Positions 30,676-40,099 of a DNA stretch of 48,549 nt are shown piece by piece. Position numbers and translations under genes: made by a program. Within the stretch, counting starts at the first letter, position 1. Each line of letters begins with the position of its first letter. Source of the stretch: an uncultured Candidatus Saccharibacteria bacterium (GTDB lineage: Bacteria > Patescibacteriota > Minisyncoccia > Phycocordibacterales > UBA12445); NCBI GenBank assembly GCA_964531375.1, contig CAZHDO010000005.1:1-48549 (forward strand), in the 5' to 3' direction. The notes beneath the pieces are model-generated. The model saw nothing but the letters and a program-made list of their open reading frames with translations, did no database searches and had not been told where the DNA came from.

Positions 30676-31446
30676 ATGGAGATTATATTTTTAGGCATAC
30701 TTCCAGTGTTTCCTATTTTATTTTTGTTTTTAATTTCTGGTCTTAGGGTTATAAATCAATATGAAAAGGGGCTTATTTTAACTTTTGGTAAATATTCTTC
30801 TACGAGAGGGCCGGGGCTCAATTGGATTTTCCCTGTTGTTCAGTCGATGATAAAGGTAGATATGAGAACAAGGACTGTTGATATTCCAAAGCAAGAAGCA
30901 ATAACAAAAGACAATGTTCCCGTTGGAATTAACGGGGTGGTTTATTTTAAAGTTGAAAATGCAGAACTTGCGATATTGGAAATTCAGAGCTACATGGTGG
31001 CTGTATCTCAGTATTCACAAGCTGCCTTGAGAGACGTTACAGGAAGTGTTGAGCTTGATACTTTGCTTGCAGAGAGAGATAGAATTGCGGATGAAATAAA
31101 AAAGATAGTTGATCAGGCAACTGGTGCTTGGGGGGTAAATGTTTTGGAGATAAAAATTCAGGATATTGAACTTCCTGCTGATATGAAGAGAATAATGGCA
31201 AGGCAAGCAGAGACAGAAAGGGAGAGACGATCAGCTATTATTAGAGCGCAAGGAGAGCTCTCAGCCTCAGAAGATATGAAAAAAGCAGCAGTAAACCTAG
31301 CATCAGTTCCTGGTGGTATGACACTTCGAACCTTGAAGGCAATAGAAAGCACTGCCACGAGTCCATCACAGACTATTATCTACGCATTGCCTCTTGAAGT
31401 AATGGAGGGAATAAAATCAATTTCTGAACACTTCGCTAAGAAATAA
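30676..31446 (+). CDS. SPFH/stomatin (band 7) family protein
   Basis: GPGL..IFP, VDMR, QEAITKDNV, ALRDV.G, MARQAE.ERERR. Confidence 0.93.
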   Translation: MEIIFLGILPVFPILFLFLISGLRVINQYEKGLILTFGKYSSTRGPGLNWIFPVVQSMIKVDMRTRTVDIPKQEAITKDNVPVGINGVVYFKVENAELAILEIQSYMVAVSQYSQAALRDVTGSVELDTLLAERDRIADEIKKIVDQATGAWGVNVLEIKIQDIELPADMKRIMARQAETERERRSAIIRAQGELSASEDMKKAAVNLASVPGGMTLRTLKAIESTATSPSQTIIYALPLEVMEGIKSISEHFAKK

Positions 31447-31463
31447 AAATTTACGGGAAATAT

Positions 31464-32435
31464 ATGGAAGTACCAAAAAAGAGCGACTACCTTAATAAGA
31501 TAAATCTTCAAAATAAATATAAGAACATAGACACTGGCCCCAATATTCCACTTATTGTGGTTATTGTGAGCCTTGTTTTGTTTTTAGCTTTTTTTGCTCA
31601 GATATTTTATTGGTTTTATGTTGTTTCAAGTAAGCCTTATGAATATACGACGCCGGTTGTTGGTGAAGTTACAAATGAATGGAAAGTTTCCGATTTTAAA
31701 AAAGAAATTACCGCCACGACTACACACATCAGTGCTGAAGATGCTGAGTCTTTGTTGAAGACTAATACAAATTGGCCATGGATAGGGGTGGAAATTCAGG
31801 GTGTAATTTTGTTTAATAATATCAACCCTGGCGGTGTTTCGAATGATCCAACAAGAGATACTTCGTTTAGGATTGATAAGAAACATAAAATCACATATAT
31901 TTCCAATTACCACTGGAATAATGCGCAAGGGGCTTTTCCTGGCTATATTGGATTAAAAGACAAAGATGGAAATATCCTCGGTAGCTGGAATTCTGTGGGT
32001 CAAGATGGGCAAGGAGGGGCACAAAATGTGGTTTGGGAGGCCATGCCAAATATTATTTTGGAACCAGGTGTGTATACAATAACCGATTCTAGTCCAGAAA
32101 CTTGGTCTCGCAATGATATGTCTAAGAATAGAGGTTTTTCTTTTGTAAAAGGAATCGCAATTGGAGAAAATAATACCTGCTTTATCTTGGATGGTGATTT
32201 AAGGTATTTATCAAAAGACGAAGGTGGAGTAAATGACGTGAAAATTCTACAGGATTTCTTAAAAAATGAGGGTTATTTTGATTTTGTTCCTGATGGTTTT
32301 TATGGACTTTCGACAGTCAATGCGGTAAAAGAATTTCAAAAAAATTACAACTTCAAACAAAGTGGGATTGCTGACGAAAAAACAAGGGCTAAGATTGAGG
32401 AAATGAGTTGCTTTAGTAACTATGAAGAAAATTAG
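31464..32435 (+). CDS. membrane-anchored protein with C-terminal peptidoglycan-binding domain
   Basis: TM helix; DVKILQDFL..GY..DGFYG..T..AVKEFQ..SGIA...TR. Confidence 0.8.
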   Translation: MEVPKKSDYLNKINLQNKYKNIDTGPNIPLIVVIVSLVLFLAFFAQIFYWFYVVSSKPYEYTTPVVGEVTNEWKVSDFKKEITATTTHISAEDAESLLKTNTNWPWIGVEIQGVILFNNINPGGVSNDPTRDTSFRIDKKHKITYISNYHWNNAQGAFPGYIGLKDKDGNILGSWNSVGQDGQGGAQNVVWEAMPNIILEPGVYTITDSSPETWSRNDMSKNRGFSFVKGIAIGENNTCFILDGDLRYLSKDEGGVNDVKILQDFLKNEGYFDFVPDGFYGLSTVNAVKEFQKNYNFKQSGIADEKTRAKIEEMSCFSNYEEN

Positions 32436-32459
32436 TATTGGATAATTTTAATTACGTCA

Positions 32460-33515
32460 GTGTTGTATTCAAATAAAAAAAAGGGAATAATGTCTTTTTT
32501 TATTGGCTCAACAATAGCTTTTTTGATATTGGTATTTTTTAGTGCGTTATTTTTTTTGACTAGTAAATCTTATTCGTTTGTGACTCAAGGTATTTTTAGA
32601 AGCAATGAAATTCCAAAGAAGATAGATAAAAATATTTATATTCTTTCTTTTGGTGATGCTATGTTCGATAGAGGCGTTAGGGCTGTGATGAATAATGGTA
32701 AAGACCCTTTTGAGTTGATTCAGAAAGATTCTGCTCGTTTTGCAGAGGATTATGATTTTAAGATTTTAAACCTAGAGGGGCCAATTACGACAAGTAATAT
32801 TGGTCAAGAGAAAGAATATAATTTTAAATTTGATCCAGAAATTGCCGTTTTGCTTAAGGAAAACAATTATAATCTTGTTAATTTGGCGAATAACCATATG
32901 CTCGACTATTATCGGGCTGGTCACAAAGAGACTGTGGGAATTTTGGATAGAAATAAGATTGGCCACTTTGGTGGATTGAAAATCGAGGATACTTATAAGA
33001 TTGAAACGGTAAAAGGTAAGAAAGTTGCTTTTGTTGGTATAGATGAGTCTACATTTGTATTTGATATTAATAAATTTTATTCTTTAATAGAGAAATTAAA
33101 GATAGAAAATGATTATGTTGTTGTTAACATTCATTGGGGAAATGAGTATGATTTTTTGCCATCAGAGAGTCAGAAAAACGTTGGACATAGTCTAGTAGAT
33201 TCTGGCGCTGATATTGTTTATGGTCACCATCCTCATGTAATTCAGCCTATTGAGATTTATAAAAATAGAGCCATCTTTTATTCCCTCGGTAATTTTATTT
33301 TCGACCAAGTAAATTCATATTCAAAAAAGGGGATTGGTGTTAGTGCTGTTTTGGGAGAAGGAAAGAATACTTTTAACATTTTTCCTTTTGATATTGTCGG
33401 CAATAGACCCAAATTGTTTAATGCTTCTAGTACAATCGAATTTTGTGATAAATACTTGGGTGATATTAAGGGTAGTGTAGGTTGTTATTTTGAGGTGATA
33501 CAATTACGACCATGA
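32460..33515 (+). CDS. CapA family (PGA_cap) metallophosphoesterase-like protein
   Basis: GDAM, NLEGP, NLANNH, IHWG.EY, GHHPHV, YSLGNF. Confidence 0.92.
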   Translation: MLYSNKKKGIMSFFIGSTIAFLILVFFSALFFLTSKSYSFVTQGIFRSNEIPKKIDKNIYILSFGDAMFDRGVRAVMNNGKDPFELIQKDSARFAEDYDFKILNLEGPITTSNIGQEKEYNFKFDPEIAVLLKENNYNLVNLANNHMLDYYRAGHKETVGILDRNKIGHFGGLKIEDTYKIETVKGKKVAFVGIDESTFVFDINKFYSLIEKLKIENDYVVVNIHWGNEYDFLPSESQKNVGHSLVDSGADIVYGHHPHVIQPIEIYKNRAIFYSLGNFIFDQVNSYSKKGIGVSAVLGEGKNTFNIFPFDIVGNRPKLFNASSTIEFCDKYLGDIKGSVGCYFEVIQLRP

Positions 33516-33598
33516 GAGGATTCGAAAATAATAATATTAAATGGAAATTCGCAAAAAATAATTTTGAAGGTAGTTTAAAACTTTGGTAGAAATATAAT

Positions 33599-34543
33599 AT
33601 GTTAAAACCAATTCAGAAAGTAATAATGTTTCTTTTTTTGGGGATCATCTGCGTACAAGCTGTTTTGTTAACTCAAGTTTTTTATCGGTCTATGGTGGAT
33701 AAAATTTTAGAAAAAAATTCCCCACCTTATTATATAGCAAATGATTTTTTAGAGAATATAGATAATAAAGACACTTTGGATAAGCAAAAGATTTTAGGCA
33801 ACAATAATAAGCCAAAAATAGAAAATACCGATATTTCAAATTGGGAGATATACAGAAATGACAAGTATGCTTTCGAGTTTAAACACCCAAAAGAGTGGAA
33901 ACCTCTATTTTATGAGACACGACTTGTTTCGTCACCCTTAGAAAGTGGTTTTGTTGTAAATTTTCAAGATAATTCATATGTTGATTCAATTAAGATGTCT
34001 CTAGATATTAATCCTATTAATGGCCACCAATCCGCTTCTCGTAGTGACCAATTTGGAATGGAGGTATTCATTAAAAGAAACAATGAAAGTCTTGTTCGAA
34101 TTGCCTATTCGAGGATTATTGATGGAAAAGAGCAACTTTTAACCCCCAAAGAAAAGATTGATTATGAAAAGATTATATCTACATTTAAGTTTACAGCCGA
34201 AATACCAGATGAAAAAAGCACAATATATGAGAATAAAAAATATGGTTTTACTTTGGAGTTTCCACCTTTGTGGAAGGATTATCGTGTAAAAGAAGAGCAA
34301 GGTGCTTCGGTGTTCGGTTTAGAAGATTACGATAATGTTTTTACCATTGGTATTATGTCGAAGGAGCAATACACTGGCTGCAAAAATGCTGAGCTATGTA
34401 CTTTGACGTATATAGCTGAAAACAAAGATCATGTCTTTGTGTTATATGGTCATCAAGATTTTCCACAGGCACTTTTGCATCTTGCAGCTGGAAAAAATGG
34501 GTGGGATTCAATAGTTTCTACATTAAAATTTACCAATAATTGA
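33599..34543 (+). CDS. exported hypothetical protein with two PsbP-like repeats
   Basis: TM anchor; Y.N.KY.F.F.(H/F)P..W ... I.ST.KFT unit occurs twice. Confidence 0.7.
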   Translation: MLKPIQKVIMFLFLGIICVQAVLLTQVFYRSMVDKILEKNSPPYYIANDFLENIDNKDTLDKQKILGNNNKPKIENTDISNWEIYRNDKYAFEFKHPKEWKPLFYETRLVSSPLESGFVVNFQDNSYVDSIKMSLDINPINGHQSASRSDQFGMEVFIKRNNESLVRIAYSRIIDGKEQLLTPKEKIDYEKIISTFKFTAEIPDEKSTIYENKKYGFTLEFPPLWKDYRVKEEQGASVFGLEDYDNVFTIGIMSKEQYTGCKNAELCTLTYIAENKDHVFVLYGHQDFPQALLHLAAGKNGWDSIVSTLKFTNN

Positions 34544-34643
34544 TTTAAAAAAAGAACCATTTAAAGATAACAAAAGTTTAGGTAGATTTCCTAAGCAATA
34601 ACTTTTGCTTTTTTTCTTTTGTGCAATTATCGTTGTTGGTATT

Positions 34644-34857
34644 TTTTATTTTCGACCAAGTAAATTCATATTCAAAAAAGGGGATTGGTGTTAGTGCTGT
34701 TTTGGGAGAAGGAAAGAATACTTTTAACATTTTTCCTTTTGATATTGTCGGCAATAGACCCAAATTGTTTAATGCTTCTAGTACAATTGAATTTTGTGAC
34801 GAATACCTAATTAATATTGAAAATAAAAAAGATTGTAGTTTTGATGTGGCAAGATAG
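34644..34857 (+). pseudogene. duplicated 3' fragment of the CapA-family gene
   Basis: 34644-34799 matches 33293-33448 at 155/156 nt, then a diverged homologous tail. Confidence 0.88.
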
Positions 34858-34938
34858 TTGTTAAAATATTTTATTAATTGCTTAAAAGTTAGATATATTA
34901 TAATATTTACCGCATACATTACACATATGTAATTATTC

Positions 34939-35009
34939 GGGAGCTTAGTTAAATGGTATAACTGCGGTCTCCAAAACCGCTGTCGTGGGTTCGATTCCTA
35001 CAGCTCCCG
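34939..35009 (+). tRNA. tRNA-Trp(CCA)
   Basis: GGGAGCT/AGCTCCC acceptor stem, GCGGT-CTCCAAA-ACCGC anticodon arm, GTGGG-TTCGATT-CCTAC T arm, G73. Confidence 0.95.
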
Positions 35010-35043
35010 CAAAAAAAATCCGCCTTGAAAAGGGCGGATTTTG

Positions 35044-35170
35044 TGCGGAAGCTAGTAAGGCATACTAAATGCCTTACGCGTAGGAATCGAAGACCTTTTG
35101 AGCATATTTTGAAGTGCAAAGCACGAACAAAATATCCAAAAGGTGTACCGTCCATGTAATGGAAGATTCC
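35044..35170. repeat. tRNA-associated element: interrupted antisense copy of tRNA-Trp 3' end plus hairpins
   Basis: TGCGGAAGCT (35044-35053) and GTAGGAATCGAA (35080-35091) are complementary to 34990-35011. Confidence 0.7.
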
Positions 35171-35262
35171 TTTTTTTGTTTTATTGTGTAAGGTTGCTGA
35201 AGAGTATTTTTGCCTTACTTTATCTAAGCAACAAAAAACCGCCCTTGTGGACGGTTTTTAAA

Positions 35263-35421
35263 TTATTTCTTAACCTCTTTGTGTTTAGTCTTCTTTGTGC
35301 ACCATTTGCAGAATTTTAAGTATTCAAGTTTCCTTGTAACAAGCTTTTTGTTTTTGCTAGTCCAATAGTTAATCCTTTTGCAGGTGGTACAAGCTAATTT
35401 AATTAATCGTTTCTGTGGCAT
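35263..35421 (-). CDS. rpmG: 50S ribosomal protein L33 (not in ORF track)
   Basis: Manual translation MPQKRLIKLACTTCKRINYWTSKNKKLVTRKLEYLKFCKWCTKKTKHKEVKK; two CxxC; terminator ~35233-35259. Confidence 0.95.
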   Translation of the reverse strand: MPQKRLIKLACTTCKRINYWTSKNKKLVTRKLEYLKFCKWCTKKTKHKEVKK

Positions 35422-35596
35422 AAAATTTATTTAATGAAAAATGTTGCGATTCAAAGATAATAGTACAATTTGATAAAAAAATCAACCCCATTGAATTTAA
35501 TATGTTGTTTATTTTAAAATATGGCTATTTTAAACAATATAAATTGAATAATAAAGAAAAATCCCCACTTTTGGTGGGGAAGGCGAATGGGCAAAA

Positions 35597-36148
35597 CTAC
35601 CATGCCAAATTGTGACAAATAGCACACCTGACTTCATATTCATCGAGGTCGCCGGCTTTGATTGTGTTACCTGCAGCATCTTTTTGCGCAGTATCTTTTC
35701 TTTTTAAGTAACTGAGATTGCCGTCTTTTTTGCACATAGTACAGATTCCGGTAACCTTGATAACTTCGTTGGCTTTTGCCATTAAAATTGGCATAACGCC
35801 GAATGGTTTTTTATTTGAATCCATATCGAGGCCAACCACAACAATTTCGAAATCTCGGGTTACGTTTTTTTCCATCAGTCGGTCGATAACATCGACAATC
35901 CACGGTCCAAAAAATTGACACTCTTCAACACCAAGGAAGTCTGGATTATACTTTTTAAGAATAATATCTACTTCTTCTTTGTTTCTGACAATTTCCGCTT
36001 GAATGTCCCTGGGGCCTTGTCGAAGACCGATGTCTGTTTTGATGACAAGTGTTTCCAGTCTTGAAAACTGCTTACGTTCGATGAATCTTTTGAGCGTCTG
36101 TGTCTTGAACGAGAACATTGGGCCTGTTACAACGGTCAGTTTTGCCAT
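35597..36148 (-). CDS. tdk: thymidine kinase (atypical P-loop)
   Basis: TGPMFSFKT, EECQFF, VVGLDMD..KPFG, CTMC, YEVRCAICH. Confidence 0.88.
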   Translation of the reverse strand: MAKLTVVTGPMFSFKTQTLKRFIERKQFSRLETLVIKTDIGLRQGPRDIQAEIVRNKEEVDIILKKYNPDFLGVEECQFFGPWIVDVIDRLMEKNVTRDFEIVVVGLDMDSNKKPFGVMPILMAKANEVIKVTGICTMCKKDGNLSYLKRKDTAQKDAAGNTIKAGDLDEYEVRCAICHNLAW

Positions 36149-36251
36149 CGCATACTCCTTTTAAATGTACTTACCCGACAGGAATATATCATTAAGTTAA
36201 CTGGTCATCAATCTATGAAATTAGGCATTGTAGTGTTAGAATATCTCAAAC

Positions 36252-37589
36252 ATGCCAAGGGGTAAGAAAAACAAAGATAATGATTCTTCTGAGAATAAAT
36301 TAAGTTCGCTTTTTGATTTTGATCAGCCAAAAGAAGAAATAGATAAGAAAGATTTTTTCACGGTTGGTGAATTTCTTGAATCTTTGAACGAATATTTAAA
36401 AAGTAAAAAGAATTTCGTTGTTGGTGAAGTTACGGAATTCAAAGCTCATGATAAATGGGCTTCTTTCTCTTTGAAAGACAAGCAGGATGGTTCTATTTTA
36501 AAATGTTTTCTTTCTATTTGGACATATAGAAAATCTGGAGTTTTACTCGAGGACGGAATGGAGATAAAAGTCGGCGGTTTTCCTAGGATATACAAACTTG
36601 CGGGAACTTTTAGTTTTAATGTGGAGTCGATCGAGCCACTTGGCGAGGGTTCTCTGAAGAAGGCTTATGTCTTGCTTTTGAAAAAGCTCGAGCTTGAGGG
36701 TTTGTTTGCTAGAAAACGTCCTTTTGATAAATTTATTAAGAGAGTTGGGGTTATTTCTTCTAAAGACGGTGTGGTTATCCACGATTTTTTAAGGAATTTA
36801 AAGCCGCTTGGTTTTAAAATTGATTTCTATAATTCTCGCGTTGAGGGAGCTGATGCTGTACCTGGAATCATTGGTGGAATAAAATGGTTTAATAAAAATA
36901 TTCCGGGTTTAGACATACTTGTCTTGATGCGAGGCGGCGGAAGTTTGGAGAGTATGCAGGCTTTTAATAATGAACAGGTCTGTAGGGAAATATTTGCTTC
37001 TAAAATACCTGTTTTGTGTGGAATTGGACATGAGGTAGATGTTCCAATTGCTTGTCTTGTTGCTGATTCGTATGTGTCTACGCCGACAGCGACGGCTTAT
37101 GAAATAAATAAAAGCTGGGATGATATCTTGCTTGGCTTGCCCGTTATGGAACGCCAGATTTTTAGTGGTTTTACTTATAATTTCAATAGACTAGCGCAAA
37201 AGATTCCAACTTATAAAAAAGGAATAGTTACACATTTTCAGTTTTATTTGGATAGGAGGGTTCGAGAGGTCGGAACACTTGCGTCAAGGATTTCTTCTGG
37301 TTTTAAGCAAATATTTTCACAGTTTGATATTCTCTCTAGAAAGATTACAAAAGATGGACTTGGTAAAATTGCTGAAAGTATTACCAAGATGCTTTACAAA
37401 ATATCTAGTATTGAGAAAATGATTGTTTTGGCTAATCCTGAAAGAAATTTAAAATTAGGATATAGTATCGTTTTTAATGAAAAAGGGAAAGTCTTGAAAA
37501 ATATAGACGACATTAGGGTGGGTGAAAAAATAACAACAAAATTAAAAGATGGGGAAGTTGAATCCGAGGTTAAAATAATTAGGAATTAG
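36252..37589 (+). CDS. xseA: exodeoxyribonuclease VII large subunit
   Basis: OB fold, RGGGSLE, AFNNE, GIGHE.D, TPTATA, LKLGYSIV. Confidence 0.95.
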   Translation: MPRGKKNKDNDSSENKLSSLFDFDQPKEEIDKKDFFTVGEFLESLNEYLKSKKNFVVGEVTEFKAHDKWASFSLKDKQDGSILKCFLSIWTYRKSGVLLEDGMEIKVGGFPRIYKLAGTFSFNVESIEPLGEGSLKKAYVLLLKKLELEGLFARKRPFDKFIKRVGVISSKDGVVIHDFLRNLKPLGFKIDFYNSRVEGADAVPGIIGGIKWFNKNIPGLDILVLMRGGGSLESMQAFNNEQVCREIFASKIPVLCGIGHEVDVPIACLVADSYVSTPTATAYEINKSWDDILLGLPVMERQIFSGFTYNFNRLAQKIPTYKKGIVTHFQFYLDRRVREVGTLASRISSGFKQIFSQFDILSRKITKDGLGKIAESITKMLYKISSIEKMIVLANPERNLKLGYSIVFNEKGKVLKNIDDIRVGEKITTKLKDGEVESEVKIIRN

Positions 37590-37622
37590 AAATTACGAAT
37601 TATGAATTAAAAAAATAAAAAA

Positions 37623-37832
37623 ATGGCAAATAAGAAAAACGAAATCGCAGAATCATTAAAAAAACTTGAAGCTATTGCAGACTGGTTTGAAAAAGAAAGC
37701 GAGATAGATGTAGAAGAGGGGCTCAAGAAGGTTCGCGAGGGTGGCGAGCTTATAAAAGAACTTCGAGGTCGCCTTAAAGAGGTTGCAAATGAATTTGAGG
37801 AAATAAAGAAGGATGTTTTTAAAGAGGAGTAG
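37623..37832 (+). CDS. xseB: exodeoxyribonuclease VII small subunit
   Basis: ESLKKLEAI..E..IDVEEGL..EG.ELIK; directly after xseA. Confidence 0.9.
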   Translation: MANKKNEIAESLKKLEAIADWFEKESEIDVEEGLKKVREGGELIKELRGRLKEVANEFEEIKKDVFKEE

Positions 37833-37859
37833 GTTATCATCTATTTTGCTTTTTCTTTT

Positions 37860-37929
37860 TGTCATTCCGAGCGCAGTCGAGGAATCGCTTCTACGTTTAA
37901 GGGATCCCTCGACTGCGCTCGGGATGACA
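37860..37929. repeat. GTCATTCCGAG-type palindromic repeat upstream of GIY-YIG gene
   Basis: TGTCATTCCGAGCGCAGTCGAGGAATC / GATCCCTCGACTGCGCTCGGGATGACA. Confidence 0.9.
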
Positions 37930-37956
37930 GGTGGTTTGGAGTGATAGCAAATAAAT

Positions 37957-38241
37957 ATGAAAAACCATATATATTATATTTATATTCTGGCTAGCCACAG
38001 CGGTACTTTGTACATTGGGGTAACAAATAATTTAGAACGTAGAATTTCTGAACATAAACAGGGACTGGTCGAAGGTTTTACAAAAAAATATGCATGTAGC
38101 CGTTTAATATATTACGAAGAGTGTGGTGATGTTAACCAAGCAATCACACGAGAAAAGCAATTGAAAAATTGGAACAGAAAAAAGAAGGAAGTTTTAATTA
38201 AAACTCTCAATCCGCAATGGAATGATTTAGCTGAAGTTTAG
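37957..38241 (+). CDS. small GIY-YIG nuclease family protein (UPF0213-like)
   Basis: YYIYIL..TLYIGVTNNLERRI.EH, GFTKKY, AI.REKQLK.W.R.KK..LI...NP.W.DL. Confidence 0.93.
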   Translation: MKNHIYYIYILASHSGTLYIGVTNNLERRISEHKQGLVEGFTKKYACSRLIYYEECGDVNQAITREKQLKNWNRKKKEVLIKTLNPQWNDLAEV

Positions 38242-38253
38242 GGGGAGGTATTT

Positions 38254-38327
38254 TGTCATTTCGACATTGTGGAGGAATTGCTTATGCTAAAACACTAAGG
38301 GATCCCTCGATTGCGCTCGGGATGACA
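38254..38327. repeat. GTCATT-type palindromic repeat downstream of GIY-YIG gene
   Basis: Degenerate left arm; right arm TAAGGGATCCCTCGATTGCGCTCGGGATGACA is nearly identical to 37898-37929. Confidence 0.85.
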
Positions 38328-38348
38328 AGAGGGAGGGTGGTGCCGGAT

Positions 38349-39248
38349 TTATTTTGTAAATTTTGTTACCTGCTCAAGTATTTTTTCTGTTTCTTCTGGT
38401 TTGAACCATTTTATTCTTTTATCTTTTTTGAACCAAGTCATTTGACGCTTGGCATATTTTACAATTTCAGAATTTAGTTTTTCGATCATTTCTTCTTTGG
38501 AAAGTTCACCTTGCAGGTATTTTGCAACATATCTATATTCAAGACCAAGCTCGTCGAGCCTTTTCCAAGAGACGCCACTTTTTTTTAGTTTTTCAACCTC
38601 AGAAAACATTCCAGCATCTATTCTCTTTAGTAATCTTTTTTTAATTCTTTCTTTTAGGTTTTCCATTTCTGGAAGTAATCCAATTTCAAGAATATTGAAT
38701 TTATTAGAATCTTTTTTAAGTTCTGGTACAACTCCAAGCGCTTTTGCAATTTCAATAGCCCTTATGAGTCTTACTGGATTTTTAGGATCAATGTTTTGAG
38801 ACCTTCTTGGGTCTAGTTTGTCTAGTATAATAAAGAGCTCCTCGGGTGTTTTTTTGGAAAGCTCTTTTCGGAGTTCTTTGTTTGGTGGTACTTCTGGAAT
38901 AGACATATCATCGATTACTGCTTGTACATAAAGTCCTGTTCCTCCACAAATTATTGGGGTTTTTTCGCTAGTTAAAATCTGCGCAATAGCCTTTTCTGCT
39001 AAAATTTTAAAATCACTAACTGTGAAGACATTTCTGGGATATTCTACGTCTAGCAAATAGTGAGGGACTCCACCTTTTTCTTCTTCTGTCACCTTGCCTG
39101 TCCCAATATCCATACCCTTATAAACCTGCCTTGAATCAGCTGAAATCACCTCGCCATTGATTTCTTTTGCTATAAGCACCGCAATGTCACTTTTGCCAGA
39201 AGCGGTAGGTCCTACGACCGTTATGATTTTTGGTTTATTTTCATTCAT
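38349..39248 (-). CDS. miaA: tRNA dimethylallyltransferase
   Basis: GPTASGKS, SADSRQVYKGMDIGTGK, GGTGLY, YAKRQMTWF. Confidence 0.97.
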   Translation of the reverse strand: MNENKPKIITVVGPTASGKSDIAVLIAKEINGEVISADSRQVYKGMDIGTGKVTEEEKGGVPHYLLDVEYPRNVFTVSDFKILAEKAIAQILTSEKTPIICGGTGLYVQAVIDDMSIPEVPPNKELRKELSKKTPEELFIILDKLDPRRSQNIDPKNPVRLIRAIEIAKALGVVPELKKDSNKFNILEIGLLPEMENLKERIKKRLLKRIDAGMFSEVEKLKKSGVSWKRLDELGLEYRYVAKYLQGELSKEEMIEKLNSEIVKYAKRQMTWFKKDKRIKWFKPEETEKILEQVTKFTK

Positions 39249-39349
39249 TTGATGATAAATATTAAGCTATCATAGATTTAAATAATAAAAAAGAACCAAT
39301 ATATCTATTTTTTCTTTATTTGTGACTGTTTATGTGCTAAATTTTGCAT

Positions 39350-40042
39350 ATGAAAGATAGTAAGAAATTTTGGAACAAAGAATACAGCACACCTGGCATT
39401 TTTAACCTTTCCACCGAACCAGCCGAGGATTTGAAAAAATTCACAAGATGGCTTGAGCGGGAATACGGAAAAGGTTTTTTGGACAACAGAACTGATGTTT
39501 TGGACCTTGGTTGTGGAAACGGGAGAAATTTAATTTATCTTTCGGAATCTTTTGGGTGTCGAGGGTACGGTTATGATATATCGGATGAAGCGATAAATCA
39601 GGCGAAATCTGCTTCAAAAGGTCTTCCTTTGACTTTTCAGGCCAGAACCATTGCAGGGCGGTTTGAACTAGAAAACGAATCGATGGATATTGTTATTGAT
39701 ATGATGGCTTCTCATTATTTGAAAGAGAAAGAAAGGGTGATTTATCTGAACGAAATCGTTAGAATTATAAAACCAGGAGGTTGGATGTTTTTTAAGTCTT
39801 TTTTGAAAGAGGAAGACCAGCATGCTGAAAGGTTATTGAAACAAAACAGCGCGGGCGAGGAGGATTCATATATACATCCAAAACATGGCACATATGAGCA
39901 CGTTTGGGCGGAGGAAAAAATGATAGAATTTTTCGAGCCTTATTTTGATATCGAAAAAGTAGAAAGATCAGGTAAGCATCTTATGAACGGAAGGGCTTTC
40001 AAAAGAAGGCATGTTATCGTTTATTTACGAAAGAAGTTTTAA
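39350..40042 (+). CDS. class I SAM-dependent methyltransferase
   Basis: VLDLGCGNGRN, GYDIS, IIKPGG. Confidence 0.88.
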   Translation: MKDSKKFWNKEYSTPGIFNLSTEPAEDLKKFTRWLEREYGKGFLDNRTDVLDLGCGNGRNLIYLSESFGCRGYGYDISDEAINQAKSASKGLPLTFQARTIAGRFELENESMDIVIDMMASHYLKEKERVIYLNEIVRIIKPGGWMFFKSFLKEEDQHAERLLKQNSAGEEDSYIHPKHGTYEHVWAEEKMIEFFEPYFDIEKVERSGKHLMNGRAFKRRHVIVYLRKKF

Positions 40043-40099
40043 TTAGCTTTAATGATTTTTTTGCTTGATTTGTCTTTTAAAATCGATCTTTTATTGTAC

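Noticed and set aside
33293-34857. DGR template/variable repeat pair
   Set aside because: Several tail differences are at non-adenine positions, the main 156 bp is almost invariant, and there is no RT
34949-35155. 68-aa minus-strand ORF
   Set aside because: Antisense to tRNA-Trp and its downstream hairpins
38253-38477. 74-aa ORF
   Set aside because: Starts in a palindromic repeat and runs antisense into miaA
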